From contig JBMFSH010000034.1 in assembly GCA_049967655.1 (NCBI GenBank), positions 1 through 26,281 on the forward strand: DNA of 26,281 nt, read 5' to 3'. This stretch comes from Acidobacteriota bacterium (lineage in GTDB: Bacteria > Acidobacteriota > UBA4820 > DSQY01). Both the position numbers and the translations under genes were made by a program. Shown here piece by piece: positions 1 to 8,576 of the stretch. Below the pieces are notes generated by a model, which saw nothing but the letters and a program-made list of their open reading frames with translations, was not told the origin of the DNA and ran no database searches. Position 1 is the stretch's first letter. Every line of letters starts with the position of its first letter.

Positions 1-283
1 CTGACGCGGCAGGAGGTCCGTCGCCGCCGGCGCTCCCGTGGAGGGTGGGGGGACGGTTCGTATTCGATGAGGCTGGGGCTGGCGCCCGAAGGGCGGCTGA
101 GGGACTGTGGCCGGACCAGGCCCCCAGCGCCGCGCCAAAGGCGCGGCCTAGACCCAGCCGTGGGTTGGAGCCGGCAAGGCGTTCTATTTTGGACAGGCAT
201 GAGGTCGAAAGGAGGGGCGACCGGGAAATGGCTCCGAAGAAGAAGGGCGGGGTGGCCATCTCCATCAGCCTGCATTGTTTGAG

Positions 284-324
284 AAAGGGTCATCGCGATC
301 ATCTCGACCGATGCTACACCCTTT
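284..324 (-). terminator. Imperfect hairpin just downstream of pcm, possible weak terminator
   Basis: AAAGGGT-CATCG (284-295) pairs with CGATG (309-313) and ACCCTTT (318-324), with a 4-nt bulge. Only a short U tail. Confidence 0.3.
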
Positions 325-336
325 GCGACTCACGCT

Positions 337-975
337 TCACCTCCGGGCGAACCGGCCCTGGAGGGGCACGAACACGCAGCGGTCGAAGGTCTCCTCCCGA
401 AAGCCGTGGGCGGTCCGGGTCAGGCGCAGGAGCACCTGGCTGAAATCCTCGTTCACCGGCGCCACCAGCCGGCCGCGGGGAGCCAGCTGTTCCAGCAGCG
501 GAGGAGGGACAGCCGGACAGGCGGCCGAGATCAGGATCCTGTCGAAGGGCGCCTCCTCGGGCCAGCCCAACCCGCCGTCCCCCGCCCTCACGGGCGCGGG
601 CCGAAACCCTGCCGACGCGAGATTGGCGACGATCCTTTCGGCGAGGCGAGGATGCCACTCCACGCCCCACGGCCTAGCCCCCATGGCCGAGAGCAGCGCG
701 AGGACGTAGCCGCTGCCCGCCCCCACCTCCAGCACCTTCATCCCCCGGTGGACGTCCAGAATCTGTAGCATCACCGCCGCCATGTAAGGCTGGCTGATGG
801 TCTGCCCCTCCCCGATGGAGACGGGATGGTCCTCGTACGCCGCCCCGCGGGCGGCCGCCGGCACGAAGGCCTCCCTCTCGACGCGGAGCATGGCGCCGAG
901 CACCCGCCTGGAGTGGATTCCCCTCGGCAGGAGTTGCTCCCGCACCATCTGGCGCCGCCGGAGATTGCCGGTCAT
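337..975 (-). CDS. pcm: Protein-L-isoaspartate(D-aspartate) O-methyltransferase
   Basis: Motifs RRRQMVREQL, AYEDHPVSIGEGQTISQPYM, SAM motif VLEVGAGSGY, GDGGLGWPEEAPFDRILISAA and FVPL. The ATG at 975 has a GGGAGGG SD and is preferred over the ORF-track start at 1014. Confidence 0.95.
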   Translation of the reverse strand: MTGNLRRRQMVREQLLPRGIHSRRVLGAMLRVEREAFVPAAARGAAYEDHPVSIGEGQTISQPYMAAVMLQILDVHRGMKVLEVGAGSGYVLALLSAMGARPWGVEWHPRLAERIVANLASAGFRPAPVRAGDGGLGWPEEAPFDRILISAACPAVPPPLLEQLAPRGRLVAPVNEDFSQVLLRLTRTAHGFREETFDRCVFVPLQGRFARR

Positions 976-1075
976 GGACAACCCTCCCCTGCCCCCTCGC
1001 CGGCCCGTTCCCATTTAGAAGTTAGGTCTCGCCTCGCCAGGGCACAAGGCGGCGTGACTCGAACGCGCGGGAAGC

Positions 1076-2290
1076 CTATGGGCGCCCCAGATCGGGCCTC
1101 TCCCGGCGGCGCCACAGACAGAAGGCGAAGAGGAGACCAGCGCCCAGGGCGAGGGCCGCGTCCGCGCCGAAGGCCGCGGCAGCACCCGCTCGGTCCCACA
1201 GGATTCCGGTGAGCAGAGAGGCCGGCAGGAGCATGACCCCCTTCACGGCGTTGTAGGCCCCCATGCCCGACCCCATGAAACCCGTGGGAATGAGCCTGGA
1301 GACGTAGGCCTTCTTGACCCCCTCCTCCACCGCCTGGAAGGGCCCGTAGAGCAAGAAGAGCACGACTACCGCCGCGGGCCCCCCTGCGAGGGCGAATCCC
1401 AGATAGACGCCGGCGTAATAGGGGAAGGAGAGGAGCACCACTCGGCCCAGCCCCAGCCTGTCGGACGCGGCCCCGATGGGGCCCGCCACCGCCGCGTAGA
1501 ACAGGTTGAAGAGCAGGTAGACCCCCGCGACGGCTTCGACGGAGAAGCCCACCGACCGGGCCTTGAGGAGCAGGAAGGTGTCGGAGGAGTTCCCCAGGGT
1601 GAACAGGGCGGTCACCCAGAGAAAGTCCCGGAAGGCGCCCCTCTGTCCGAAGGCCGCCCCCACGGAGGGGGCGGGGCCGCCGGGCTGGGTGCGGACGCCC
1701 GTTTCCCGGATGAAGCCAATGAGGAGGAGAGCCACCAATCCGGGCACGATACTCCACCAGAACACCGTCCTCATGGTGAATGCCGCGGCGAGCATGACCA
1801 TGGCCAGGGCCGGACCGAGGGCCGCGCCGGCCGTGTCCATTCCGCGGTGGACCCCGAAGGCCTTGCCCCTCAGGGCCGGAGGGGCGCTGTCCGCGATGAC
1901 CGCATCCCTCGGCGCCGTGCGGATTCCCTTGCCCGCCCTATCGGCGAAGCGCGCGCCCAAGACCGCCGTCCACGAGCCCGCCGCCGCGATGAAGGGGCGG
2001 GCCGCCAGGGAGACACCGTAGCCGAGGAACATGGGGAGCTTGCGGTTGTGGAAGCGGTCCGAGAGGACGCCCGAGAAGACCTTCAGCAGGCTGGCGGTGG
2101 CTTCGGCGATCCCCTCCACGAGCCCCAACGAGGTTCGCGACGCCTTCAGCACCCCCGTCAGGAAGAGGGGGAGCAGAGGATAGACCATCTCCGAAGAGAT
2201 GTCGTTGAAGAGGCTGACGAAGCCCGCCACCCAGACGTTCCGGTCAAGCTTTTCACCCGCCCGCCCGCCTTCGGCGCCGATTCCTTTCAC
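1076..2290 (-). CDS. MFS transporter (MJ1317-like family), substrate unknown
   Basis: About 12 hydrophobic segments, motif A ([22 protein letters not shown]), family signatures [10 protein letters not shown] and [17 protein letters not shown] start preceded by GGAGG. Confidence 0.9.
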   Translation of the reverse strand: MKGIGAEGGRAGEKLDRNVWVAGFVSLFNDISSEMVYPLLPLFLTGVLKASRTSLGLVEGIAEATASLLKVFSGVLSDRFHNRKLPMFLGYGVSLAARPFIAAAGSWTAVLGARFADRAGKGIRTAPRDAVIADSAPPALRGKAFGVHRGMDTAGAALGPALAMVMLAAAFTMRTVFWWSIVPGLVALLLIGFIRETGVRTQPGGPAPSVGAAFGQRGAFRDFLWVTALFTLGNSSDTFLLLKARSVGFSVEAVAGVYLLFNLFYAAVAGPIGAASDRLGLGRVVLLSFPYYAGVYLGFALAGGPAAVVVLFLLYGPFQAVEEGVKKAYVSRLIPTGFMGSGMGAYNAVKGVMLLPASLLTGILWDRAGAAAAFGADAALALGAGLLFAFCLWRRRERPDLGRP

Positions 2291-2511
2291 CCAACCTCCG
2301 CAAGCCCCTTAGGGCCCTTAGGCCCCATTGTGGTCCACGAGGCCGAACCCGGACAAGTCTCGCGCTGGGCTGCCTGCACGCCACACCTCGCTTCTTCCTG
2401 CCAACGTCCGCGGCCGGACCCTCCGCTCGGGTCGAGACATTCGGGCCGAGCGGGTGCTTGGGTCTGCCTCCACCTTTCTGGTACCCTTTGGGCCGGGGAG
2501 GTGAGCCGGCC

Positions 2512-3525
2512 ATGTCTCTTCTGGACTCCATCCGCCACCGCGCTGCCGCTGACCGGCAACGCGTCGTCCTGCCTGAAACCTCGGACCAGAGGACGCTCCG
2601 GGCCGTCCCGCTGGTTCAGGCGGCGGGGACGGCGGAATTGCTGCTGGTGGGCGACCCCGCCGACGTGCGGCGGCGCGCCGAGACGGCCGGCGTCTCCCTG
2701 GCGGGAGTGGAGCTCCTCGACCCGGCCGAACCGCCATTCAACCAGGAGGCGGCCCGAGTCTTTCTCGAACGCATGCGCAGCCGAGGCATAACCGAGGCCC
2801 AGGCCCGTCAGACGGCGGCGCAGCCGCTCTACGCCGCCTGCCTGGCCGTGCGCATGGGTATGGCCGACGGGGTGGTCTCGGGGGCCACCCACACGACCGC
2901 CGATTCAGTGCGCGCCTACCTCCGCTGTTTCGGCCCGGCGCCGGGCATCCGCACGGTGAGCAGCTTCTTTCTCATGGTGACCCCTCGCACCGAATACGGC
3001 GAGCAGGGAGTCTTCGTCTACTCCGATTGCGGCATGGTCCCCTACCCCGACAGCGCCCAGCTCGCCGAGATCGCGCTCTGCGCGGCCGACTCCTTCCGGC
3101 TCCTCGTCGGGGCCGAGCCCAAGGTGGCCTTCCTCTCCTTTTCCACGAAAGGCTCCGCTCGCGACCCGAACGTGAACAAGATCGTGCGGGCCCTGGAGAC
3201 CTTCCGGGCCCGAGCCCCCCACGTCGCGGCCGACGGGGAGCTGCAGGGAGACGCGGCCCTCGTTCCCGCCGTGGGGGCGAGCAAGGCGCCGGGCAGCCCC
3301 GTGGCGGGTCAGGCCAACGTGCTGATCTTTCCCAACCTCGACGCGGGGAACATCGCCTACAAGCTCACGGAGCGCCTCGGCGGGGCGGTGGCTCTCGGCC
3401 CCATCCTTCAGGGGTTGGACGGTGCGGCCAACGATCTCAGCCGCGGCTGCACCGCAGAGGACATCGCCGACGTGGTGGCCATCACCGCGCTCCAGGCCCA
3501 GGCACGCCGGCAGGCGACCCGCTGA
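2512..3525 (+). CDS. pta: Phosphate acetyltransferase (short, EutD-type)
   Basis: [92 protein letters not shown] before the ATG at 2512. Confidence 0.95.
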   Translation: MSLLDSIRHRAAADRQRVVLPETSDQRTLRAVPLVQAAGTAELLLVGDPADVRRRAETAGVSLAGVELLDPAEPPFNQEAARVFLERMRSRGITEAQARQTAAQPLYAACLAVRMGMADGVVSGATHTTADSVRAYLRCFGPAPGIRTVSSFFLMVTPRTEYGEQGVFVYSDCGMVPYPDSAQLAEIALCAADSFRLLVGAEPKVAFLSFSTKGSARDPNVNKIVRALETFRARAPHVAADGELQGDAALVPAVGASKAPGSPVAGQANVLIFPNLDAGNIAYKLTERLGGAVALGPILQGLDGAANDLSRGCTAEDIADVVAITALQAQARRQATR

Positions 3526-3530
3526 CGGGC

Positions 3531-4241
3531 ATGTGGGACAGCCTCGCCGTCCAGCCGCCCAGGGATGCTCCCGCCTCACCCGCCGTGGCGATCCTCATCC
3601 CCGTCCACAACGGCGGACCCTTCCTGGAGGGGGTGCTCGACGGCCTGGCGGCTTTTTCCGTCGCCGTCTGGGTCGTGGACGACGGCTCCACCGATGACAC
3701 GGCCTCCAGGGTCCGTTCCCGGCCGGTCCGCCTGCTCACGCTTCCCGCCCGCTCCGGGAAGGGAACCGCCATACGGCACGGCCTGGCCCACATCCTCGGC
3801 GACTCCTCCCCCGAGTGGGTGCTTTTCATGGACGCGGACGGCCAGCACAGGCCGGAGGAGGTGCCCAGGTTCCTGTCCGCCATGGGGGGCGAGGTGGATT
3901 TCCTGATCGGCTCCCGCATGGGGGAGGCGGAGAACTTCCCGCTCCACCGCCTCCGCACCAACCGGGTGGGGAGCACCATCCTCAGACTCATGAGCGGCCA
4001 CGCCGTGCCCGACACCCAGTGCGGCTTTCGCGCGCTTCGCGCCCACTGCCTCCGAGGGATGAGGCTGGAATCAAGGGGTTTCGAGGTGGAGACCGAGATC
4101 CTGCTCAAGGCGCTCAGAGCCGGGGCCCGATGGAAGCCCGTTCCCGTCGGCGCCGTCTACGACGGCCAGGGGAGCCATTTCAGGCCCGTGGCGGACACCT
4201 ACCGGATCTGCATGGCCGCGCTGCGCTATGTCGTCGAATAG
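3531..4241 (+). CDS. Glycosyltransferase family 2 (polyprenol-phosphate mannose synthase-like, no TM domain)
   Basis: ILIPVHN, VVDDGSTDDT, GKGTAIRHG, FMDADGQH, IGSR, DTQCGFR, FEVETEIL. The start is uncertain (ATG 3531 or a slightly later GTG). Confidence 0.9.
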   Translation: MWDSLAVQPPRDAPASPAVAILIPVHNGGPFLEGVLDGLAAFSVAVWVVDDGSTDDTASRVRSRPVRLLTLPARSGKGTAIRHGLAHILGDSSPEWVLFMDADGQHRPEEVPRFLSAMGGEVDFLIGSRMGEAENFPLHRLRTNRVGSTILRLMSGHAVPDTQCGFRALRAHCLRGMRLESRGFEVETEILLKALRAGARWKPVPVGAVYDGQGSHFRPVADTYRICMAALRYVVE

Positions 4242-5112
4242 CCTCCACCGGAACTGGAACGTGAGCGGCTTCAACCAGGGGTGGGTTTTCCGCCTGGCGG
4301 AGCAGTGTTGCTGCCGGATCCCCCCGCGGATTCCCTACGCCGTGGCCGCCAACCTCATGGATTGGTACCAGGGGTTCCGGCCCCAGGTGTCGGCCGCGGT
4401 CCGGGCCAACCTGGCCGGCGCCTTCCCCCATCTATCCCCCAGGCGCCTCGATGCCCTGACGGACTCGACGTTCGCCAGCTACGGACGGGGGCTGGTGGAC
4501 TACCTCCGGGCCGAGGTGGACCCGCCCGAGGTCACGACGCGGCCGGAGGTCCAGGAGCGCCTGGCGGGCATCGGCGGGGGGCGGATCCTGGTCACGGCCC
4601 ACATGGGGAACTGGGAGGTGGGAGGGCTGTACCTGGGCCGGATTCTCGGTCCCCACTGCATCGTGGGCTTCCCCGAGAGCGATCCGGGGGTGGACGCGTT
4701 CCGGGAGGCCAAGCGCCGGACCGTCGGGCACCGGACCATCCGAGCCCGCCAGGACCTCTCCACGCCGTTCGAGCTAAGGCGCCTCCTGGAGCAGGGAAGA
4801 AGCATCGTGGTCCTTGCCGACCGATCGGTGGATCGGGACTGCGTTCGAGTCCGGTTCCGCGGACGACCGGCCCTGTTCCTGCGAAGCCCCGCCCTGCTTT
4901 CGGCCCTGACTGGCGCTCCCGTCGTCCCCGTGGCCGTAATGGCGGAGGGGGCAGGCCGCTACAGGGCCCACGTGGGCCTCCCCGCCGTGGCCGAAAGCTC
5001 GCTCTCGGTCGGAGAGCTGATGCAGGGGGTGGCGGATTTCTTCGGCGCCATCCTAGAGCAGTATCCGGATCAGTGGTACAATTTTTTCAGATATTGGCGG
5101 GAGGAGGCATGA
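4228..5112 (+). CDS. Lysophospholipid/lipid A acyltransferase family (LpxL/HtrB/PatA-like)
   Basis: Catalytic TAHMGNWE motif, LADR, VRFRGRPALF..PALLS..TGAPVVPV, C-terminal YPDQWYNFFRYW. Overlaps the GT2 stop by 14 nt. Confidence 0.88.
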   Translation: MSSNSLHRNWNVSGFNQGWVFRLAEQCCCRIPPRIPYAVAANLMDWYQGFRPQVSAAVRANLAGAFPHLSPRRLDALTDSTFASYGRGLVDYLRAEVDPPEVTTRPEVQERLAGIGGGRILVTAHMGNWEVGGLYLGRILGPHCIVGFPESDPGVDAFREAKRRTVGHRTIRARQDLSTPFELRRLLEQGRSIVVLADRSVDRDCVRVRFRGRPALFLRSPALLSALTGAPVVPVAVMAEGAGRYRAHVGLPAVAESSLSVGELMQGVADFFGAILEQYPDQWYNFFRYWREEA

Positions 5113-5456
5113 CGAACCTGGAAATCCGCTCCGAACCCAAGGGGGATGCCTGGGTGATCCGCCTGAAGGGCTTCCTGGACGCCCACAACCACGGCCTCTT
5201 CCGGGAGGCCGTTCAAGAACACACTCAGAAGGGGCACCGGCGCCTCATCGTGGACTTCTCTGAACTCACCTACATCGGCTCCTCGGGGATCGAGGTGATC
5301 CTCTCCCACATCCAGCCCCTCCGGGACGATGGCGGGGACATGATCCTGTGCTGCATGTCACCGAAGATCTTCAAGGTTTTCGATCTGCTCGGCCTGCCGT
5401 CGTTCTTCACCATCTGCCCCACCGTGGAAGAGGCCTCCAAGGCCTTCCATGGCTGA
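5109..5456 (+). CDS. STAS-domain anti-sigma factor antagonist (RsbV/SpoIIAA-like)
   Basis: IRLKGFLDAH, LIVDFSELTYIGSSGI (conserved phospho-Ser region), KIFKVFDLLGL. ATGA overlap and GAGGAGG SD. Confidence 0.9.
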   Translation: MTNLEIRSEPKGDAWVIRLKGFLDAHNHGLFREAVQEHTQKGHRRLIVDFSELTYIGSSGIEVILSHIQPLRDDGGDMILCCMSPKIFKVFDLLGLPSFFTICPTVEEASKAFHG

Positions 5457-6072
5457 CCCGTGGAGCTACTGGAGCCCATCAGCACCCGCGAGGTCCGAGT
5501 TTCGGGAGCAATCCTCGCTCTTCATCGGGTGCCTTTCGCCCGCCGCCTCGGAGGATGAGGCCGCGCTCTTCCTTCGGTCCCTCCGGCGCGAGTTTCATGA
5601 TGCCACCCATCACTGCTGGGCCTACCGCCTAGGTTGGGCCGAGGGGCTTCGGTCCCGCTGCAGCGACGACGGAGAGCCGAGCCGGACGGCGGGCGCGCCC
5701 ATTCTGGCCACCCTCGAAAGCCGAGACGTTTCCGATGCATGCCTTGTGGTGGTACGCTATTTCGGAGGCGTCAAGCTGGGGACGGGGGGATTGGCGCGGG
5801 CCTACCGACGGGCTGCGGCGGAGGCCCTCGAAGCGGCGGACCTGGAGGTCAGAACCCTCTGGGAGGATTGGCTCGTCAGCCTGCCCTACCCTGCCCAGGG
5901 CGCCTTGCGCCGCGCCGCCGCGGCGGCGGGAGTGGAGCTTGGCGACGCGATTTACGAGGAGCTTCTCACCTTCACCGCCCGGGTCCCTCTGGGCAGCGCC
6001 GATCGCTTTTCGGCGGCCCTCCGGGAGCTGAGCCAGGCGTGGAAAGGAGGAGTGGCGTGGAGATCGAAGTGA
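5449..6072 (+). CDS. yigZ: YigZ/IMPACT family protein
   Basis: SLFIG, DATHHCWAYRLG, SDDGEPSRTAGAPIL, VVVRYFGGVKLGTGGLARAY. Confidence 0.93.
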   Translation: MADPWSYWSPSAPARSEFREQSSLFIGCLSPAASEDEAALFLRSLRREFHDATHHCWAYRLGWAEGLRSRCSDDGEPSRTAGAPILATLESRDVSDACLVVVRYFGGVKLGTGGLARAYRRAAAEALEAADLEVRTLWEDWLVSLPYPAQGALRRAAAAAGVELGDAIYEELLTFTARVPLGSADRFSAALRELSQAWKGGVAWRSK

Positions 6073-6617
6073 AGGTTCCGGTGGAAGACCTGCACGCCAT
6101 CGTGCGGAAGGCCGAAGAGCTGGGGTACGAGCGGGTGAGGCCGAGGCATTTCGAGGCCAACACGCTCTTCGACTTTCGCGACCGGTCGCTCTCCTACGCG
6201 GGGTGCCTCCTGAGGGTCCGGGAGACCGCCGACGGAGCGCTGATCACCTTCAAGGGAAAGGTGGTGGACGACGAGCGCTTCAAGGTGAGGCCCGAGGTGG
6301 AGACCCGCTGCGAGAGCGGGCCCAGCATGAGGGCCATCCTGGAAAACATCGGACTCAAGGCCTTCTTCCGCTACGAAAAGTTCAGGGAGGAGTTCCAGGC
6401 GCCGGGGGCCCTGCTCTGCCTGGACGAGATGCCCTTCGGCAACTTCCTCGAACTGGAGGGATTTCCTCAGGGCATCGAAGACTTGGCGCAGAAGCTGAAT
6501 CTGGCCCCCGAGACCTTCATCCGCCGGTCCTACGCGGACCTGTACGGCGAGCACTGCCGCAAGCTGGGAGAGCCCTTCGGGGACATCCTCTTCCCGCCCG
6601 ACTATGCCCGTTCGTGA
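6057..6617 (+). CDS. CYTH-domain triphosphate tunnel enzyme (class IV adenylate cyclase family)
   Basis: N-terminal ExExK motif (EIEVK), LLRVRE, ITFKG, RPEVET, YEKFRE, LDEMPFGNFLELEG, SYADLY. GTG start after AAAGGAGGAG. Confidence 0.9.
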   Translation: MEIEVKVPVEDLHAIVRKAEELGYERVRPRHFEANTLFDFRDRSLSYAGCLLRVRETADGALITFKGKVVDDERFKVRPEVETRCESGPSMRAILENIGLKAFFRYEKFREEFQAPGALLCLDEMPFGNFLELEGFPQGIEDLAQKLNLAPETFIRRSYADLYGEHCRKLGEPFGDILFPPDYARS

Positions 6618-7551
6618 AGCCGTCGTTCTCGCCGCGGGGCTTGGGCTGCGCATGCGGCCCCTCACCCTGGAGACGCCCAAGCCCGCCCTCCCCTTCCTCA
6701 ACCGGCCGCTGCTGCAGTGGATCCTCGCTGGCCTCGAGGAGGCCGGGGTGCAGAGGGCCTTCGTGAACCTCCACCACCTTCCGAAGGCCGTGCGCGAGGC
6801 CGCCGGGAAGCCGGCGCGGCTCCAGCTCCGCTTCTCCCACGAGCCGCAGATCCTTGGAACGGCGGGGGTCTTCAGACCCCTCCGCGGCCTTCTGAAGGGG
6901 CCCTGCTTCCTGGTGGCCAACGGAGATACCTTCCAGACTCCCGACTATGCAGCCCTCGAGGCCGAATTGCTGGGCCATCCGGACTGCCTGGCTGTCCTGG
7001 CCCTCCGCCCCGGCGGCCCTCGGTATACGGGCGTGCAGATCTCCCCGGAAGGGCGCATCACCGGCTTCGGACGAGGCGACGTCATGTTCGCCGGCGCCTA
7101 CGCCGCGCGGACGGAGCTGCTGGAACACCTGCCCGGCGGTGCTCCCCGCGACCTGGTCCCCGACCTGCTCAGGCCGCTCCTCCCCTCGGGCTCCATCCGG
7201 GGCCTCCTCACCAGCGGCCCGTGGGAGGACCTCGGCGAGCCGAGGAGCTACCTGGAGGCCTCCCTCCGCTACGTAAAGGAGGCGGCCGCCGGCCGCTTCC
7301 CCCTGCCCGACGAATCCACCCTCGAAACGAGGGACGGATGGCCCGTCCTGCGCCATGCCAGCGCCTGGCTCTCCAGGGACGCCACCGTCCTCGGCCCCGT
7401 CGTCCTCGGCCCACGGGTCCGCGTGGAGGAACGGGCCCACCTCGGGAGGGTCGTCCTCCTTCCCGGAGCCTCGGTGGGACGGCAGGAGCGCCTGGAGGGG
7501 GCCATCCGAACTCCCACGCTCACCGTTAGCCCTCCTCCGCTCGATTCCTGA
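6604..7551 (+). CDS. NDP-sugar pyrophosphorylase (mannose-1-phosphate guanylyltransferase/MurU-like) with C-terminal hexapeptide repeats
   Basis: VVLAAGLGLRMRPLT..PKP, NLHHL, EPQILGTAG, LVANGD, WEDLG. Short left-handed beta-helix repeats (ATVLGPVVLGPRVRVEERAHLGRVVLLPGASVG). Confidence 0.85.
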   Translation: MPVREAVVLAAGLGLRMRPLTLETPKPALPFLNRPLLQWILAGLEEAGVQRAFVNLHHLPKAVREAAGKPARLQLRFSHEPQILGTAGVFRPLRGLLKGPCFLVANGDTFQTPDYAALEAELLGHPDCLAVLALRPGGPRYTGVQISPEGRITGFGRGDVMFAGAYAARTELLEHLPGGAPRDLVPDLLRPLLPSGSIRGLLTSGPWEDLGEPRSYLEASLRYVKEAAAGRFPLPDESTLETRDGWPVLRHASAWLSRDATVLGPVVLGPRVRVEERAHLGRVVLLPGASVGRQERLEGAIRTPTLTVSPPPLDS

Positions 7552-7622
7552 TCCGCCCCAAGTTCCCCTTGGCGAATTTCTTCGGACCTCAACGCTCGCG
7601 GCGAGGAGGAGTCCGGTTCCAT

Positions 7623-7651
7623 TTGATTCGCCCGTACCGATGACGGATAAT
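7623..7651 (+). promoter_or_regulatory. Sigma70-like promoter for the second GT2 gene
   Basis: TTGATT-17 nt-GATAAT in an intergenic gap. Confidence 0.55.
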
Positions 7652-7731
7652 AGAGGTACCGGGACTTCGGTCCCGATGGACGGCCCGCTGGGGTTGGGTT
7701 TATGGACCGCGTGGGCAGGACAGAGGAACCG

Positions 7732-8529
7732 ATGCCACGAGTCCCCGTGACCGCCATCATTCCGGCCGGCAATGAAGCCCACCAGATCGAGGAGGCCATC
7801 CGATCGGTCCTTTGGGCGGACGAGGTCCTGGTGGTCGTGGATGCTGCCTGTAAGGACGACACGGCCGCAAGGGCTGCGGCTGCCGATCCCAGAGTCATCG
7901 TGAAGATTCACGAATACGGGTATTCGGCGGCCCAGAAGAACTGGGCCATTCCCCAGGCAAGCCATCCGTACGTCTTCCTGCTCGATGCCGACGAGCGGGT
8001 GCCCGATGACCTGCGGGAAGAGATCCTCGCGCTCCTGCAGGCGCCCCCCGAGCACGACGCCTACTGGATCTACCGCCGGAACCACTTCCTGGGGCACCTG
8101 ATGAAGCACGGCGGGTGGCAGACCGACAAGGTCATCCGCCTCTTCCGGCGCGAGTGCCGCTATCAGGATCTCCGCGTGCACGCGGAGATCGTCGGCTACC
8201 GAAGCGTGGGATTCCTGGAGGGCCGCCTCCACCACGAGACCTTCAGGGACTGGAACCAATACCTTGCCAAGCTCCAACAGTACACGACCTGGGCGGCCGA
8301 ACAGGATTTTCTGGACGGGAAGCGAGCCGGATTCGGCAAGGTGGTGTTCAGGCCCTGGGGACGCTTCATCAAGCAGTACTGGATCCGCCTCGGCTTCCTG
8401 GACGGAATTCCGGGGGCGGTCGCGGCCTTCCTCGGAACGTATGGCGTCTTTCTCAAGTACGCCAAGGTGTGGGACCTCTTCCGAAAGAATCCCGCTGGCC
8501 ACGCTTCCAGACCATCGCCATCGCCTTGA
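7732..8529 (+). CDS. Glycosyltransferase family 2, LPS-core beta-1,4-glucosyltransferase (WaaE/KdtX-like)
   Basis: WADEVLVV, YSAAQKNWAI, FLLDADERV, RRNHFLG..MKHGGW, IRLFRR, VHAEI, FIKQY..RLGFLDG..G, FLKYAK. ATG at 7732 after GAGGA. Confidence 0.88.
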   Translation: MPRVPVTAIIPAGNEAHQIEEAIRSVLWADEVLVVVDAACKDDTAARAAAADPRVIVKIHEYGYSAAQKNWAIPQASHPYVFLLDADERVPDDLREEILALLQAPPEHDAYWIYRRNHFLGHLMKHGGWQTDKVIRLFRRECRYQDLRVHAEIVGYRSVGFLEGRLHHETFRDWNQYLAKLQQYTTWAAEQDFLDGKRAGFGKVVFRPWGRFIKQYWIRLGFLDGIPGAVAAFLGTYGVFLKYAKVWDLFRKNPAGHASRPSPSP

Positions 8530-8555
8530 CACCCCCCCGGCCGGGAACGCATAAT
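8526..8555 (+). promoter_or_regulatory. Sigma70-like promoter for the nfeD operon, overlapping the upstream stop codon
   Basis: TTGACA (contains the TGA stop at 8527-8529), 18 nt spacer, CATAAT. Confidence 0.65.
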
Positions 8556-8576
8556 GAGCTGGGTCTAGGAGCTTGA

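Noticed and set aside
1..276. Two minus-strand frames and two plus-strand frames open to the window edge
   Set aside because: None shows a recognisable motif or convincing codon bias, so no gene can be called without flanking sequence.
228..443. Small + strand ORF MAPKKKGGVAISISLHC... with an upstream AAGGAGG, faintly reminiscent of a ribosomal protein L33 N-terminus
   Set aside because: SD spacing is long (about 12 nt), the ORF overlaps the pcm 3' end by over 100 nt on the opposite strand, and the L33 C-terminal motifs are absent.
3027..3530. N-terminal extensions in the ORF track for the GT2 (likewise for STAS from 4281, CYTH from 5634, xseB from 13132 and tlyA from 14576)
   Set aside because: Arg/Gly/Pro-rich off-frame readings inside the upstream genes. 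True starts are marked by SD sequences and stop/start overlaps, so no frameshift or fusion is needed.
7569..7585. Sigma54-like TGGCGA-N5-TTCG
   Set aside because: The -12 GC is missing and the sequence is part of a hairpin arm.
7660..7725. Possible ZTP riboswitch (CCGCGTGGGCA resembles the 3' CGCCUGGGCA element)
   Set aside because: The 5' GACUGGCG/GUGG..CCAC core is absent and the downstream gene is not purine- or folate-related.
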